From positions 84,487 to 148,486 of the forward strand of contig MFPS01000007.1 of NCBI GenBank assembly GCA_001782825.1: a stretch of DNA of 64,000 bases, given 5' to 3'. The notes under the pieces were generated by a model, which was not told the DNA's origin, did no database searches, and was given only the letters and a program-made list of their open reading frames with translations. Every line of letters begins with the position of its first letter. The first letter of the stretch is position 1. The DNA is from Candidatus Magasanikbacteria bacterium RIFCSPHIGHO2_01_FULL_33_34. Lineage in GTDB: Bacteria > Patescibacteriota > Patescibacteriia > Magasanikbacterales > UBA922. The position numbers and the translations under genes are program-made. This document shows positions 10,319-20,830 of the stretch, piece after piece.

Positions 10319-11464
10319 CTACTTAATTTGTAAAACCTTTTTATATATTTTTATATACTCACCTGCTATTTTATTCCATCTATGATTTTCTGCATACTTT
10401 TTACCAGCCTCCCCCATTTGTTTAGCTAAATCTTGATCTTTTAATATTTTTATAATAGCCTCAGCGGTAGAATCAATATCATTTTCTGGTACAAGAATGC
10501 CAGTCTTACCATCTAAAATTGCATCTGGTACACCTCCTGAACGACTACCAACAACCGGTTTGCCAGTAGCACCAGCCTCCAAATAAACTATACCAAACCC
10601 CTCAAAAGCGCCATCTGCATTCCTTGGAGTATGACAATAAACATCACACATATGAAAATATGCCGGCAACTCTTCATCACTTACCCGTCCAGCAAATAAT
10701 ATAATCTTCTCCAGTTTTAATTCTTTGACCAAATCTTTCAAACTTTTTTCATCAGTTCCAGAGCCAACCAATACATAAATTGCATTTGGCACAACTTTGA
10801 TCACTTTTTGCATAGCTCTAATTACAATATCAAAACCTTTTCTACTTTTAAGCGCACCCACACCTATTACAATTTTTTTATCTACTCCATATTTTTCTCT
10901 CAATTCTTTTATATCAACTTCTTTTTCAAATCTAGCGTAATTAACACCGGCATGAACTACGTCTATCTTATTTTCACTTATATTATATCTTTGCTTAGCG
11001 ACATTCATTGTAAAATTACTAATTGCGTTTACATTGACAGCCTGCTTATAAGTTTTACTAAACAAAAAATTATCCGGAAAACTTTTAAAAGGTTTATAAA
11101 ATGTACCACACAAAGTAATAATGTATGGAATTTTTTTATGAGAATTTATCATAGCCGAAAAAGCATATGGAAAATCAAGCGCATGAATCAAATCTGTTTT
11201 TCCAACCAATGCTTTGTTATTGACATAATTCCATAATCTTTTTGGATTTCTAAAAGACCATGCAAACTCAGGTAAAGTAAAATGGACTTTATCTACAAAA
11301 CTGAAATTGTCTGTATATCCTTTATTTTTCTCAGATTTAGGTAAATACAAATCAAACTCTAATTCATCACGATAAAAATTAAAATATGAAGTACAAAGTT
11401 CTGAAGCAACTGCGCCCCATCCATTTTTTTTATCAGCTGACGAACTAAAAAAAGCAATCTTCAT
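10319..11464 (-). CDS. GT4 glycosyltransferase
   Basis: VGALKSRKG, EGFGIVYLEAGATGKPVV, GGVPDAI. Confidence 0.9.
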   Translation of the reverse strand: MKIAFFSSSADKKNGWGAVASELCTSYFNFYRDELEFDLYLPKSEKNKGYTDNFSFVDKVHFTLPEFAWSFRNPKRLWNYVNNKALVGKTDLIHALDFPYAFSAMINSHKKIPYIITLCGTFYKPFKSFPDNFLFSKTYKQAVNVNAISNFTMNVAKQRYNISENKIDVVHAGVNYARFEKEVDIKELREKYGVDKKIVIGVGALKSRKGFDIVIRAMQKVIKVVPNAIYVLVGSGTDEKSLKDLVKELKLEKIILFAGRVSDEELPAYFHMCDVYCHTPRNADGAFEGFGIVYLEAGATGKPVVGSRSGGVPDAILDGKTGILVPENDIDSTAEAIIKILKDQDLAKQMGEAGKKYAENHRWNKIAGEYIKIYKKVLQIK

Positions 11465-11467
11465 AAT

Positions 11468-11639
11468 TAGTGTGAATTAATTTATAAATATAAAATAGAA
11501 TTAATAATTAGAGATTATTATGAGCGGATTTGATGCCACAAAAGACATCACCCTCGGAGCCACAGCGAGAATGAGCGAATGATAATCTCTAATTATTAAT
11601 TATTCTATTAAATAATAATTTTTAAATTAATTCACACTA
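11468..11639 (-). ncRNA. Putative cis-acting structured leader RNA, copy 1 (conserved core 11525-11575 at the tip of a long hairpin)
   Basis: Core shared with 20856-20907 and 42498-42548; flanking perfect 17-bp (11468-11484/11623-11639) and 19-bp (11500-11518/11582-11600) inverted repeats. Confidence 0.6.
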
Positions 11640-11738
11640 CTCATTAATTATTCAATCCTGGACTTTTTACCTAAAAAAGGCTAAAATTATATTACTATTA
11701 AATTAATCTTACTCTATATAGACTTCAATTTCAAGCAT

Positions 11739-13196
11739 ATGAGCAAAGAGGGTGTTTTAGGAAAATCAATCAAAAGTGGGAAATGGTTATCTATTGGTTA
11801 TGTAATTCAAAGAACTTTAGGCATAGCCTCTTTTGTTGTTTTAGCTAGAATTTTAAGTCCAGAAGATTTTGGTGTAATGGCAGTAGTACTCATTGTGCCA
11901 AATTTTTTACAAGCCACCACTGAAATGGGTTTTTATCCAGCCATTATCCAATCTGAAGGGTCATTTAAAAAATATCTTGATCCTATCTGGACCATAGGTA
12001 TTATAAAATCCATCATTATCTTAATTGTTACTTTTTTTGGCGCGCCAATAATTGCAGATTTTTTAAACGCCGAGCATATAGAAAGTGCAATTAAATTGGG
12101 TGGTATATTTTCTTTTATTCTACGTCTTGGCAATCCAGCAGAAGTAACCACTTACAGAAATGTAGAATTTAAAAATGTATTTGTACGCGATACAGTCCGT
12201 GAAATTACATACATAACCATCGCTATAATTTCTGCAATACTCCTCAAATCATACTGGGCTCTAATCATTGCTACATTTGCTTCTAAAATTGCTCAAGTTA
12301 CTATAACATATATTCAATATTCATACAGACCACATTTTTCTTTTCACTGGAAAAAATTAAAAGAACTATTTGGTTATAGTAAATGGATTATAGGACAAGG
12401 TTGGTTAAATCAAATTTACAGCGCAACTGAAAGTATGACCATCACTAGATTGTCTGGTATATATAATATGGGTCTATATACAAAAGGAAAAAACCTAGCT
12501 AGTGTTGGTCCTGGTTTTATAAGTTCAATCATGAATCAAGTAAGTTTCTCTGCATATTCAAGATTAAAAGATTCTCTAGATAAAATAAATGATGGCTTCA
12601 AAAAAAGCTTAGATATTCTTTTCTTTTTTGTAGTTCCAGTTGGTTTTTTATTATTAACAGCTGGTGGCAAATTAATACTTATATTTTTAGGAGAAAAATG
12701 GCTACCTATGAACGGCACAATGCAAATAATGTTTATCTATTTTTCACTTAATCTAATTTTGGAAATACTATATGCACTTTTCAACGGCGTCGGACACCCA
12801 CAAAAAAAAGTTAAGATGGATATGATCAAAATTGTTTTAACTCTCAGTATGATTATTCCTTTTACAAAAATGTATGGCATTATTGGAGCAGCCTTGGCAC
12901 TATTGTTTGGCATGCTACCAGTCCTTTTAATCGCATTAATACATTTGAAAAAAATTACAAAAATAAGTTACAAAGAAATATTTAAAACCACTTATTCCCC
13001 AGCAACCCTATCAATATTTATGATGATGCCAATTATAATCTTCAAAGATAGTTTCTTATCATGGAACACTTCAATGCTATTATTATACGGAGCTTTTTCT
13101 GGAATTTTTTACTTGGGCGGTACCTATATAATGGGTAAAAAATTAAATACAGGCCCATACAAAACCATAGAAACTATTTTAAAACATGTATTATAA
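11739..13196 (+). CDS. wzx: Wzx-type oligosaccharide flippase (MOP/PST family)
   Basis: LARILSPEDFG, many TM segments, LGEKWLP, YGIIGAALA. Confidence 0.88.
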   Translation: MSKEGVLGKSIKSGKWLSIGYVIQRTLGIASFVVLARILSPEDFGVMAVVLIVPNFLQATTEMGFYPAIIQSEGSFKKYLDPIWTIGIIKSIIILIVTFFGAPIIADFLNAEHIESAIKLGGIFSFILRLGNPAEVTTYRNVEFKNVFVRDTVREITYITIAIISAILLKSYWALIIATFASKIAQVTITYIQYSYRPHFSFHWKKLKELFGYSKWIIGQGWLNQIYSATESMTITRLSGIYNMGLYTKGKNLASVGPGFISSIMNQVSFSAYSRLKDSLDKINDGFKKSLDILFFFVVPVGFLLLTAGGKLILIFLGEKWLPMNGTMQIMFIYFSLNLILEILYALFNGVGHPQKKVKMDMIKIVLTLSMIIPFTKMYGIIGAALALLFGMLPVLLIALIHLKKITKISYKEIFKTTYSPATLSIFMMMPIIIFKDSFLSWNTSMLLLYGAFSGIFYLGGTYIMGKKLNTGPYKTIETILKHVL

Positions 13197-13239
13197 AATA
13201 AAAAATAGTCTAATTAATTAGACTATTTTTTATTTTATA
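13192..13239. terminator. Perfect 48-bp palindrome between convergent genes, probable bidirectional terminator
   Basis: tataaaataaaaaatagtctaatt|aattagactattttttattttata overlapping both stop codons. Confidence 0.7.
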
Positions 13240-14362
13240 CTTTTTTAAACGCCATCATAAAGTAAGAAGTAAACAAATCACGCAAATCTATATCAGCCCT
13301 AAAATGATTTATATCACGCAAGACTTCCTTGGCATTTATATCTCTATTTATTGGATCTCCAGGTTTATAAGTTTCGTCAATTGTATCGCTCAAAAACGGT
13401 ACAACTAATGGTTTAAAAGCAATCAAATTTAAACCAGCATCATAACTGTGATCAACATATTGCTTGATTGACGTTCTGGTTGGATCATGATGATTGTATA
13501 ATTTTTCTACATACTCTAGTTCATCTGGTTTGAATTCCTGATAATATTTCTTTATATCCTCAAGTGTCATACGTTTCTCAAAATAAGGAAAATCTCCAGA
13601 CAAACCAGTCACAGGACCCGGCCCCCAAGTATAACGTTCAAAAAAAGCAAAAACCCCACCCGGTTCTAACATACTAGACACTTTCTCAACCAATTTCTTG
13701 TAATCTATTAAACATAAAGCCAAAAAGCATGTAGCCATATCAAACTTACCATCAACACTAGTATTTAAAAAATCACCAACCATAAACTTGTCTACATCAG
13801 CTTCTCTTTTAAAATTGAAATTATAAAAATTTTTCTTTGATGGCTCCACACCACACATTGTCATATGACGACGAGATTTTTTACCAGGAAATAATTTCCC
13901 CAAAATTGGCGCAGTGATTGGATTATCCTCCAAAAGCATTTCACCCCATTTATGCTTTTTTTGATTTTGTATTATTTTTTTCATTTTTTCTGCAAAATCA
14001 GGGTCATTACCATCCATCAAATCAGCCGAAACAGCGTACTTTGAGTGTTGCGCGCGAAAAAGAGCCGCATGAATCCCCTCTCTTCCACCAATATCAATAG
14101 ACCTATTGTAGCCTTCTTTTGGCAAAAGTCCATTATCCTCCAAAAAATCCATCAAGAGCGCATAGGTTATCACATCACGTCCAAAATTATCTACTTCAAT
14201 ATTTATAGAACTTCCTTCTACATAATGCAATCTTTCATATACTTCATTCAATTTCTTTCCAGCAAGTGCTTTTTTCTTATTAAAACCAGTACTATCTCCA
14301 TATCCTGGTATCAATTCTATTTTCTCACCAAATTGAGTAGTAAAAAATTGCTTTCCTTCCAT
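13235..14362 (-). CDS. Class I SAM-dependent methyltransferase (divergent)
   Basis: SIDIGGREG motif I, KFDMATC motif II, MLEPGGVFAF motif III. Confidence 0.65.
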   Translation of the reverse strand: MEGKQFFTTQFGEKIELIPGYGDSTGFNKKKALAGKKLNEVYERLHYVEGSSINIEVDNFGRDVITYALLMDFLEDNGLLPKEGYNRSIDIGGREGIHAALFRAQHSKYAVSADLMDGNDPDFAEKMKKIIQNQKKHKWGEMLLEDNPITAPILGKLFPGKKSRRHMTMCGVEPSKKNFYNFNFKREADVDKFMVGDFLNTSVDGKFDMATCFLALCLIDYKKLVEKVSSMLEPGGVFAFFERYTWGPGPVTGLSGDFPYFEKRMTLEDIKKYYQEFKPDELEYVEKLYNHHDPTRTSIKQYVDHSYDAGLNLIAFKPLVVPFLSDTIDETYKPGDPINRDINAKEVLRDINHFRADIDLRDLFTSYFMMAFKKV

Positions 14363-14482
14363 AATTTTAATTTAAATTAATATAGGTATAATAATAACAA
14401 ATATACCAAATTGATACAATACCCTTGATTTTTAGCCATATTTTGATACAATAAACTCATTATATTAATTTTCTCTTACCTT

Positions 14483-15967
14483 ATGAAAGGATGTATTGTA
14501 TTACAAGGAGACTATGCCAAACTTGGACACTCAATAGCGGTAGCCCTTAAAAATCACGGGTTTACTGATTTTTGTGGATATATATTTACACCACACGCAA
14601 AACAATTAATAGAATCCCAAAATGACATCCAATATACCCAATTGCTAGTTGATCATGAATTACACGAAGGCTACGAAAAAATTGAAATAGATTATGATTT
14701 TATAAAAGAATTTGAAAAAGAATATGGTAATCCAAACTTATGGCCTTTTTTCTATGGAGATAGACAACTACTCCTATCTACTCCACCACTAGACGAGACG
14801 ACCATGGAAATAAACGCAAAATACAACTACGAAGATCTTTTGCGAATTTTTCTATCACGCGTCAAAAAAATTGAAAAAATGATTAACGAAGAAAAACCTG
14901 ATTTCATATTTTTCTTCACAGTTGGCACAATAGCGCATAAAATACTTTTTCATATTGCTAAAAAAAAAGGTATAAAAACTTTTGTAATACACGAAGGTCG
15001 CATTGGTAGCAAAGTCACAGTGTCCGAAAACTACAGTACCATAACTGAAGTTGAAGAATTATTTAAAAACCCAGAGAATATCAAATCAGAAAATATTGAA
15101 CAAGCAAAAAAAATAATAAAAAAATTCAGAGAAACTGGCTCACTACAATTAGAATTTTATACCGAAACAGAAAATAAATTTATAAGAAAAAAACTAAACC
15201 CATTTAAAAAAATACACAATAGTTTAAATTGGCTATTCAAACTTACCAAAAATTATTTCAAAAATAAAAAATTATTTTTGTATGGTGTAACATCTTTAAA
15301 CCCACTTAGATTTGCTTATTATCAACTAAGAAAAAAAGTAAGAAAACTGATTGGCTTTAATAAATTTTATTCTGAACCAAAAAATGAAAGATATGCTTTT
15401 TATCCACTACACATGGAACCAGAACAGGCTATTTTAGATTATGCTCCATACTATATAAACCAAACCGCCTTAATAGAACAAATCGCCAGATCATTGCCAA
15501 TTGATATGAAACTATATATAAAAGACCACCCAACTATGGCTTTCAAAAGAACTAGATCTTTTTACAAAAAACTTCTAAATATTCCAAATGTAAAAATAAT
15601 TAACCACAAAACCAGATCATTTGAAATAATTAAAAACTCTACTATTATAATTACTACTACCAGCACAGTTGGCTGGGAAGCGCTATTTTTGAAAAAACCA
15701 GTTATAACTTTTGGTAATGTTTACTATAATATTTTTCCAACTGTCAAAAAATGCAATGAAATAGAAAAATTGTATGAAATGATTAATGAACAAATAGCCA
15801 ATACTAATTTTGATGATGAGCTATTTAGCAAATTAGTCGCATCAGTTTTGCAAGACTCAGTAGATATGCGTCTAAACAGTCTATGGTATGAAGATTTTGA
15901 AAAAATAAAAAGCGACAAAGGCATTAAAGCTTTTGCAGAACTAATAGCAAATAAGGTTAAAAAATAA
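14483..15967 (+). CDS. Capsule polysaccharide biosynthesis protein (KpsS-like GT-B; possible nonulosonate transferase)
   Basis: YAFYPLHMEPE, LYIKDHP, TTSTVGWEALFLKKPVITFG. Confidence 0.7.
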   Translation: MKGCIVLQGDYAKLGHSIAVALKNHGFTDFCGYIFTPHAKQLIESQNDIQYTQLLVDHELHEGYEKIEIDYDFIKEFEKEYGNPNLWPFFYGDRQLLLSTPPLDETTMEINAKYNYEDLLRIFLSRVKKIEKMINEEKPDFIFFFTVGTIAHKILFHIAKKKGIKTFVIHEGRIGSKVTVSENYSTITEVEELFKNPENIKSENIEQAKKIIKKFRETGSLQLEFYTETENKFIRKKLNPFKKIHNSLNWLFKLTKNYFKNKKLFLYGVTSLNPLRFAYYQLRKKVRKLIGFNKFYSEPKNERYAFYPLHMEPEQAILDYAPYYINQTALIEQIARSLPIDMKLYIKDHPTMAFKRTRSFYKKLLNIPNVKIINHKTRSFEIIKNSTIIITTTSTVGWEALFLKKPVITFGNVYYNIFPTVKKCNEIEKLYEMINEQIANTNFDDELFSKLVASVLQDSVDMRLNSLWYEDFEKIKSDKGIKAFAELIANKVKK

Positions 15968-15969
15968 TT

Positions 15970-16692
15970 ATGGACTTATCTATTGTGGTGCCAATTTACA
16001 ATGAAGAAAAGCTACTCAGAAATTCTATTGAACAGATATATAATTTTTTAAAAGAAGCAAAAAAAATTGATTCATACGAAGTCATATGTATTGATGATGG
16101 TAGCACAGACACGACTAGACAAATACTTGAAACATTAAAAATCCAATATCCTGACATTATTATAAACCAAAAAAGACCAAACCACGGAAAGGGATACTCT
16201 GTCAAAGAAGGTATACAAATGTCCACAAAAAACTATGTGGTATTTTTTGACGCCGACCTCTCTACACCTCTATATGAAATAAACAATTTTATAGACGAAA
16301 TGAACAATACTCAACCTGATATAATAATTGGCAGTAGAAATAATGAAAAATCAAAAACAAAACGATCATTCAAACGTACTCTCATAAGTAAAACATTTGC
16401 TATACTAAAAAAATTAATTTGTAATATTTACTACCAAGATACACAATGTGGTTTCAAATTTTTTAAAACTAATACAGCCAAAGATATTTTTGAAAAAATA
16501 ACAATAAATGGTTTTACTTTTGATGTAGAGATGTTGGTAATAGCAAAAAATAAAGACTATTCCATAAAAGAAAAACCAATTGAATGGGTTGAAGCAAAAA
16601 CTACTTCCCTGAATATTTTCAGACAAGTTTTCAAAATGTTAAATGATTTATTTTATATAAGAAAAAATATCAAAAAAGGACTATACAACTAG
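15970..16692 (+). CDS. GT2 dolichyl-phosphate glucose/mannose synthase-like
   Basis: IVVPIYNEE, DDGSTD, NHGKGYSVKEG, FDADLSTP, DTQCGFKFF, FTFDVE. Confidence 0.9.
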   Translation: MDLSIVVPIYNEEKLLRNSIEQIYNFLKEAKKIDSYEVICIDDGSTDTTRQILETLKIQYPDIIINQKRPNHGKGYSVKEGIQMSTKNYVVFFDADLSTPLYEINNFIDEMNNTQPDIIIGSRNNEKSKTKRSFKRTLISKTFAILKKLICNIYYQDTQCGFKFFKTNTAKDIFEKITINGFTFDVEMLVIAKNKDYSIKEKPIEWVEAKTTSLNIFRQVFKMLNDLFYIRKNIKKGLYN

Positions 16693-18149
16693 TCCTTAAT
16701 TTTATATAAAATGTGCTTCCCTTCTCTCTTTACTTCTTCAAAATTTTCTTCTAACTCTGACAAATAATCTTTTAATAACTCATTATCTTCTGGATATATT
16801 GCTACGATATAATCTGGATAAGGAAATTCTTTAAACAAATTTTTACCCACACGTAAATGACTATTTATCCTATAATTGTGATAAGTATTTTTATGTTGCA
16901 CCAAAAACCCAATTGCCGCCTGATCCACCATAAACAAAACCTTGTCTTCTTCTATATTTTTATTTAAATATTCAGCAAATATTCTTGGCGATTTGTTATG
17001 GTACAAAATATCCCCCCTACTATTTATCAAATGAAAAGTCTGTACAGATAGCAAAAAAATAAAAGCAAATCCAAGTATTTTTTTAATATAAACTTTATGA
17101 TCAAAATATTTTTTACAATACAAAAATGCAGGCCCAGCAAAAATCAAAGCTATAATATGAGCTGGAAAAAAATATCTATACCAACCTGGACTTTTCAAAA
17201 AGTATACAACATCTACCACAAGAAAAATCCAAAAAATCATCTCTTCTCTACTTAATTTTCTACTATTACTTTTAATCTTAAAAAAACAAAAGAAAACAAC
17301 CAATAAAAGAAAATGTATAGGTGTACTTTCTGTAAAAAACTTTAAAAAATTAGCCTTAAGAGTTCCTTCATTGGTAATTTGAGAATTACTATAATAATCA
17401 AAAGTTTCTTTTAAATATCCTATTGTAAGCTCTCCTGGAAATAATGTTTTAAACCAAAGAAACAAAGGCAAAATCATGCCCACAAACAAAAGCAACCACC
17501 TTTTCCACTCCACTCTTTTACTTTTATACGCAAAATATAACTCTTCTACTGCCAGCGCAAAAAGTATTGGCAAAAACAATGGTTTGGTTGCTACGCATAT
17601 ACCAATCAAAAACCCAGCCAAAAGCGTCTTCCAGATTTTCTCACTATTTAAAAAGAAAAAAGAAGCTAACAAAAAAGTTATTCCTGGCAATTCCCCATTT
17701 GCACCCGTAAGACCATTTCCATATAATGGCAAAAATGATACCAACAAGGCAATACTTATATAAGCCGACTTTTCTGAATACCTATCCTTTACAAAGAAAA
17801 AAGTCAAAAATAAAAAAACAAAAATAAACATTATCATCACAATCTTTACTTGCCACAACCCAATACCAAACAATAAAAAAGATAAAGCAATTGGCGCTAA
17901 AACTGGATAATTATTTGTTATCAACCACGGCAATTGAGACACATAATCTTCTGGTGAAAGCCTAAAGCTATAAACCCCCGTCTCTACCCATGTTTTAACT
18001 ATTCCTATATTTATACCCTCATCCAACCAAGGAGACGGGCTATCTGGAAAACCATAAAAAATAGAATATAAAAATATACCCAATATTATCGGTATCAATA
18101 TTTTCTTATAATTTTTATCCAAAAAAGAAACGGCTTTGTTTATATTCAT
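16689..18149 (-). CDS. GT-C membrane glycosyltransferase (ArnT/PMT-like)
   Basis: WLDEG acidic motif after first TM, multi-TM, ATKP, WYRYFFP. Confidence 0.75.
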   Translation of the reverse strand: MNINKAVSFLDKNYKKILIPIILGIFLYSIFYGFPDSPSPWLDEGINIGIVKTWVETGVYSFRLSPEDYVSQLPWLITNNYPVLAPIALSFLLFGIGLWQVKIVMIMFIFVFLFLTFFFVKDRYSEKSAYISIALLVSFLPLYGNGLTGANGELPGITFLLASFFFLNSEKIWKTLLAGFLIGICVATKPLFLPILFALAVEELYFAYKSKRVEWKRWLLLFVGMILPLFLWFKTLFPGELTIGYLKETFDYYSNSQITNEGTLKANFLKFFTESTPIHFLLLVVFFCFFKIKSNSRKLSREEMIFWIFLVVDVVYFLKSPGWYRYFFPAHIIALIFAGPAFLYCKKYFDHKVYIKKILGFAFIFLLSVQTFHLINSRGDILYHNKSPRIFAEYLNKNIEEDKVLFMVDQAAIGFLVQHKNTYHNYRINSHLRVGKNLFKEFPYPDYIVAIYPEDNELLKDYLSELEENFEEVKREGKHILYKIKD

Positions 18150-18229
18150 AATTATGATAATATATCTCTATCCTAAGGATTTAACCATAAAATACAATAT
18201 TTTTCAAATTTTATGGACATAAATATATT

Positions 18230-18940
18230 ATGAAATTAGCCATAATTATTCCAACTCTAAACGAACGAGGCTCTTTGCCACTATTATTTAACGAGATGGA
18301 TCAAATATATCAAAACATAAAAGATAAAGGATTTGAACCAGAAATTATTATAATAGACGATAATTCAAATGATGGTACACAACAATTTGTAGAAGAATAT
18401 TCCCATAATTCACCCTACAAAACAAAACTGATAGAGAGAAAAGAACGAGGTCTAGCAACCGCAGTCATTCGTGGCTTTACAGAAACAGAGGCTGATGTAC
18501 TTTGTGTTATGGATGCAGATTTGTCTCACCCACCTGCGCTTATCCCTAAATTAATCGAAAATTCAAAAAGTTTTGACATAGTTCTGCCTTGCAGAAATAT
18601 GATTGGTGGTGGCGCAGAAGAATGGCCAATACATAGAAAACTCACATCAATGTTCGCCACATCACTTGTGAAATTACTCGGTATAACAGTGCGAGATCCA
18701 ATGAGTGGCTTTTTCTTGATTCACAAAAAAGTTATAGAAGATGTAAAATTAAATCCCATTGGCTATAAAATACTTTTGGAAATCCTAGTAAAAGGAAAAT
18801 ATAAAAATTATATAGAAGTACCCTATATATTTCGCAATCGTGCAGTTGGTAATAGCAAAATGAGTGGAAAAATAATCGGTCAATACCTCAAACATCTCTG
18901 GGAACTCAAAAAATGGCAAAAACAAAAAACAAGGACTTAG
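18230..18940 (+). CDS. Polyprenol monophosphomannose synthase-like GT2
   Basis: IIPTLNE, DDNSNDGT, RGLATAVIRG, MDADLSHPP, DPMSGFF, GYKILLE, EVPYIFRNR. Confidence 0.9.
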   Translation: MKLAIIIPTLNERGSLPLLFNEMDQIYQNIKDKGFEPEIIIIDDNSNDGTQQFVEEYSHNSPYKTKLIERKERGLATAVIRGFTETEADVLCVMDADLSHPPALIPKLIENSKSFDIVLPCRNMIGGGAEEWPIHRKLTSMFATSLVKLLGITVRDPMSGFFLIHKKVIEDVKLNPIGYKILLEILVKGKYKNYIEVPYIFRNRAVGNSKMSGKIIGQYLKHLWELKKWQKQKTRT

Positions 18941-19662
18941 TCCTTGTTTTTTATGTATATTATCATTCCTTGAGCATACATAGACGGCCATATTTTATTC
19001 AAAATTGGCAATCCTTCGTATAAAATAAATTTAGACAGTCTAAACCCAATGGCCCGCACCCAAAATTTCATATCCTTTACTGTCCAAAAACGCACATGCT
19101 CTCCCGGATGAGCTATCCACTGCAATGGAAATCTACCAAACAAAAGTCTCAATCTATGCGCATAATAACCTGTGTTTGGAGTAGAAAAAATAAATCCTTT
19201 TTTTGCTTTGTCTTTTAGTCTATATACAAATTGCTCTGGATTTGGCATATGTTCTATTATTTCAAACCCAGTAATATAATCAACTTCTGGTAAATTTTTT
19301 ATATTTTCCAAATCATTTATATCCATTTTTATAGCTTCCAAACCCAAACTTCTTACCCTCTCAATTGATTTTTCATCAATATCAACCCCTATTCCTCTTA
19401 TATCCGCCTTATCTTTAAAATATTTCAATATGGCTCCGTCTCCACAACCAATGTCAAGTACAGTACTGCCCTTTTCTAGAAAACCCAGTACCAAATCAGC
19501 TCTTTGTTTTTGCCAATTAGACAAAACTGGTTCATCTGTTTGTCTACGTTTTTCCCAATAAGCCCCATGATCTTGAGATAAATTTGGACCAAACTTACAC
19601 TCTGGATAAAAAGTTATTTTCTTAAAATCCTCTTTGATTTTCCAAACCAACTGCTTTAACAT
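18937..19662 (-). CDS. SAM-dependent methyltransferase (MetW-like)
   Basis: VLDIGCGDG, EIIEHMPNP, STPNTGY. Confidence 0.85.
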   Translation of the reverse strand: MLKQLVWKIKEDFKKITFYPECKFGPNLSQDHGAYWEKRRQTDEPVLSNWQKQRADLVLGFLEKGSTVLDIGCGDGAILKYFKDKADIRGIGVDIDEKSIERVRSLGLEAIKMDINDLENIKNLPEVDYITGFEIIEHMPNPEQFVYRLKDKAKKGFIFSTPNTGYYAHRLRLLFGRFPLQWIAHPGEHVRFWTVKDMKFWVRAIGFRLSKFILYEGLPILNKIWPSMYAQGMIIYIKNKD

Positions 19663-19664
19663 AA

Positions 19665-20789
19665 TTATTTTAATATAAAATTTACTATCTCCTTAGCCCT
19701 ACTTTCCCAATCATATTTTTTAACATCCAAATTAGCTTGCTTTACCAAACTATCAGACAAATCTTCTTGTGTCAAAACTTTTTTTATGCCATTAGCTAAC
19801 TCCACAACATTACCCGCTTCTACCAATACAGCATTATCTTCAGACAATACTTCCCTTATAGATGGCAAATCTGATGCCACAATTGGCGTGCCAGAAGCCA
19901 TATATTCAAACATTTTCATTGGAGATGTATAATGCGAAGATATTTTTTCTTCTCCACAATTTGGCAAAATTAAAACATCAACTGCATTCATCCAGTCTGG
20001 CATCTCATCGTGACTCTGCCAACCAATATACTTAAGATTTTTAAAATTATATTTTTCCTTAAATCTTTTCAAATCCACATCAGTACCACCTACAATATAA
20101 AAATCAAGCTCTGGTAACTCTTTGGCAGTCTCCGCAAATATATGCGCACCCTTCCATTTATAAAGATGTCCGGTATACAAAGCAATCTTTTTATCTTTTG
20201 GTATATGCAATTTTTTTCTTGAACTATCTTTTGTTCTATTGATATTAAATTTTTCAATGTCAACCGCATCACGAGCAATAATTATTTTATTTGCATCTAC
20301 ACCAAACTTGACCAAATCATCTTTTATATTTTGGCTAATAACAATTATACCTTTTACTCTTGACCATGTCTTTATATATTTTGATGATGGTTGCTGAGGT
20401 AGACTATGCACTTCATAATAAACGCTATTATAGACCTTTGATAATTCCAATGCTATATATAAATCACGCGTATAAAAAATATCAATATTCTCTTTTTTAA
20501 TATAAGCTCTGACTGCATAATAAAAAGTCAAAGTTTCAATCCAAAAAAATATCTTTTTAAAAAATGGTAAATTAACCAAATCCAAACACCATACTTTAAT
20601 AATAGAAAAATTTTCTTTTATACTATAAAATTTAAAAGGATTTTCTTTATGATTATTTTTCCTTGTCGGAACAACTAATACAACTTTCAAATCAGATGAA
20701 ACCAAAGATTCACATGTCTTCACAATCTGGATTCCATGTGCTTTTTCAGTTGGTAAACGAATATTTGCAATATAAGCTAACGATTTCAT
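19665..20789 (-). CDS. GT4 glycosyltransferase
   Basis: RLPTEKAHGIQI, YTGHLYKWKG, SPMKMFEYMASGTPIVASDLP. Confidence 0.9.
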   Translation of the reverse strand: MKSLAYIANIRLPTEKAHGIQIVKTCESLVSSDLKVVLVVPTRKNNHKENPFKFYSIKENFSIIKVWCLDLVNLPFFKKIFFWIETLTFYYAVRAYIKKENIDIFYTRDLYIALELSKVYNSVYYEVHSLPQQPSSKYIKTWSRVKGIIVISQNIKDDLVKFGVDANKIIIARDAVDIEKFNINRTKDSSRKKLHIPKDKKIALYTGHLYKWKGAHIFAETAKELPELDFYIVGGTDVDLKRFKEKYNFKNLKYIGWQSHDEMPDWMNAVDVLILPNCGEEKISSHYTSPMKMFEYMASGTPIVASDLPSIREVLSEDNAVLVEAGNVVELANGIKKVLTQEDLSDSLVKQANLDVKKYDWESRAKEIVNFILK

Positions 20790-20830
20790 ATTTATATGTA
20801 ATAAGAATTGAGGACATTATTTATAATTAA

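Noticed and set aside
11525-11575. Leader motif as a known ribozyme (hammerhead, twister, HDV-like), tRNA or CRISPR repeat
   Set aside because: Lacks the catalytic consensus sequences as I recall them, no cloverleaf, and copies are kilobases apart without spacers; an Rfam search is still needed
18172-18178. CCTAAGG/CCTTAGG recurring in several spacers (also near 42564, 52725, 59795)
   Set aside because: Only a handful of occurrences of a 7-mer in 64 kb; cannot be distinguished from chance without a count
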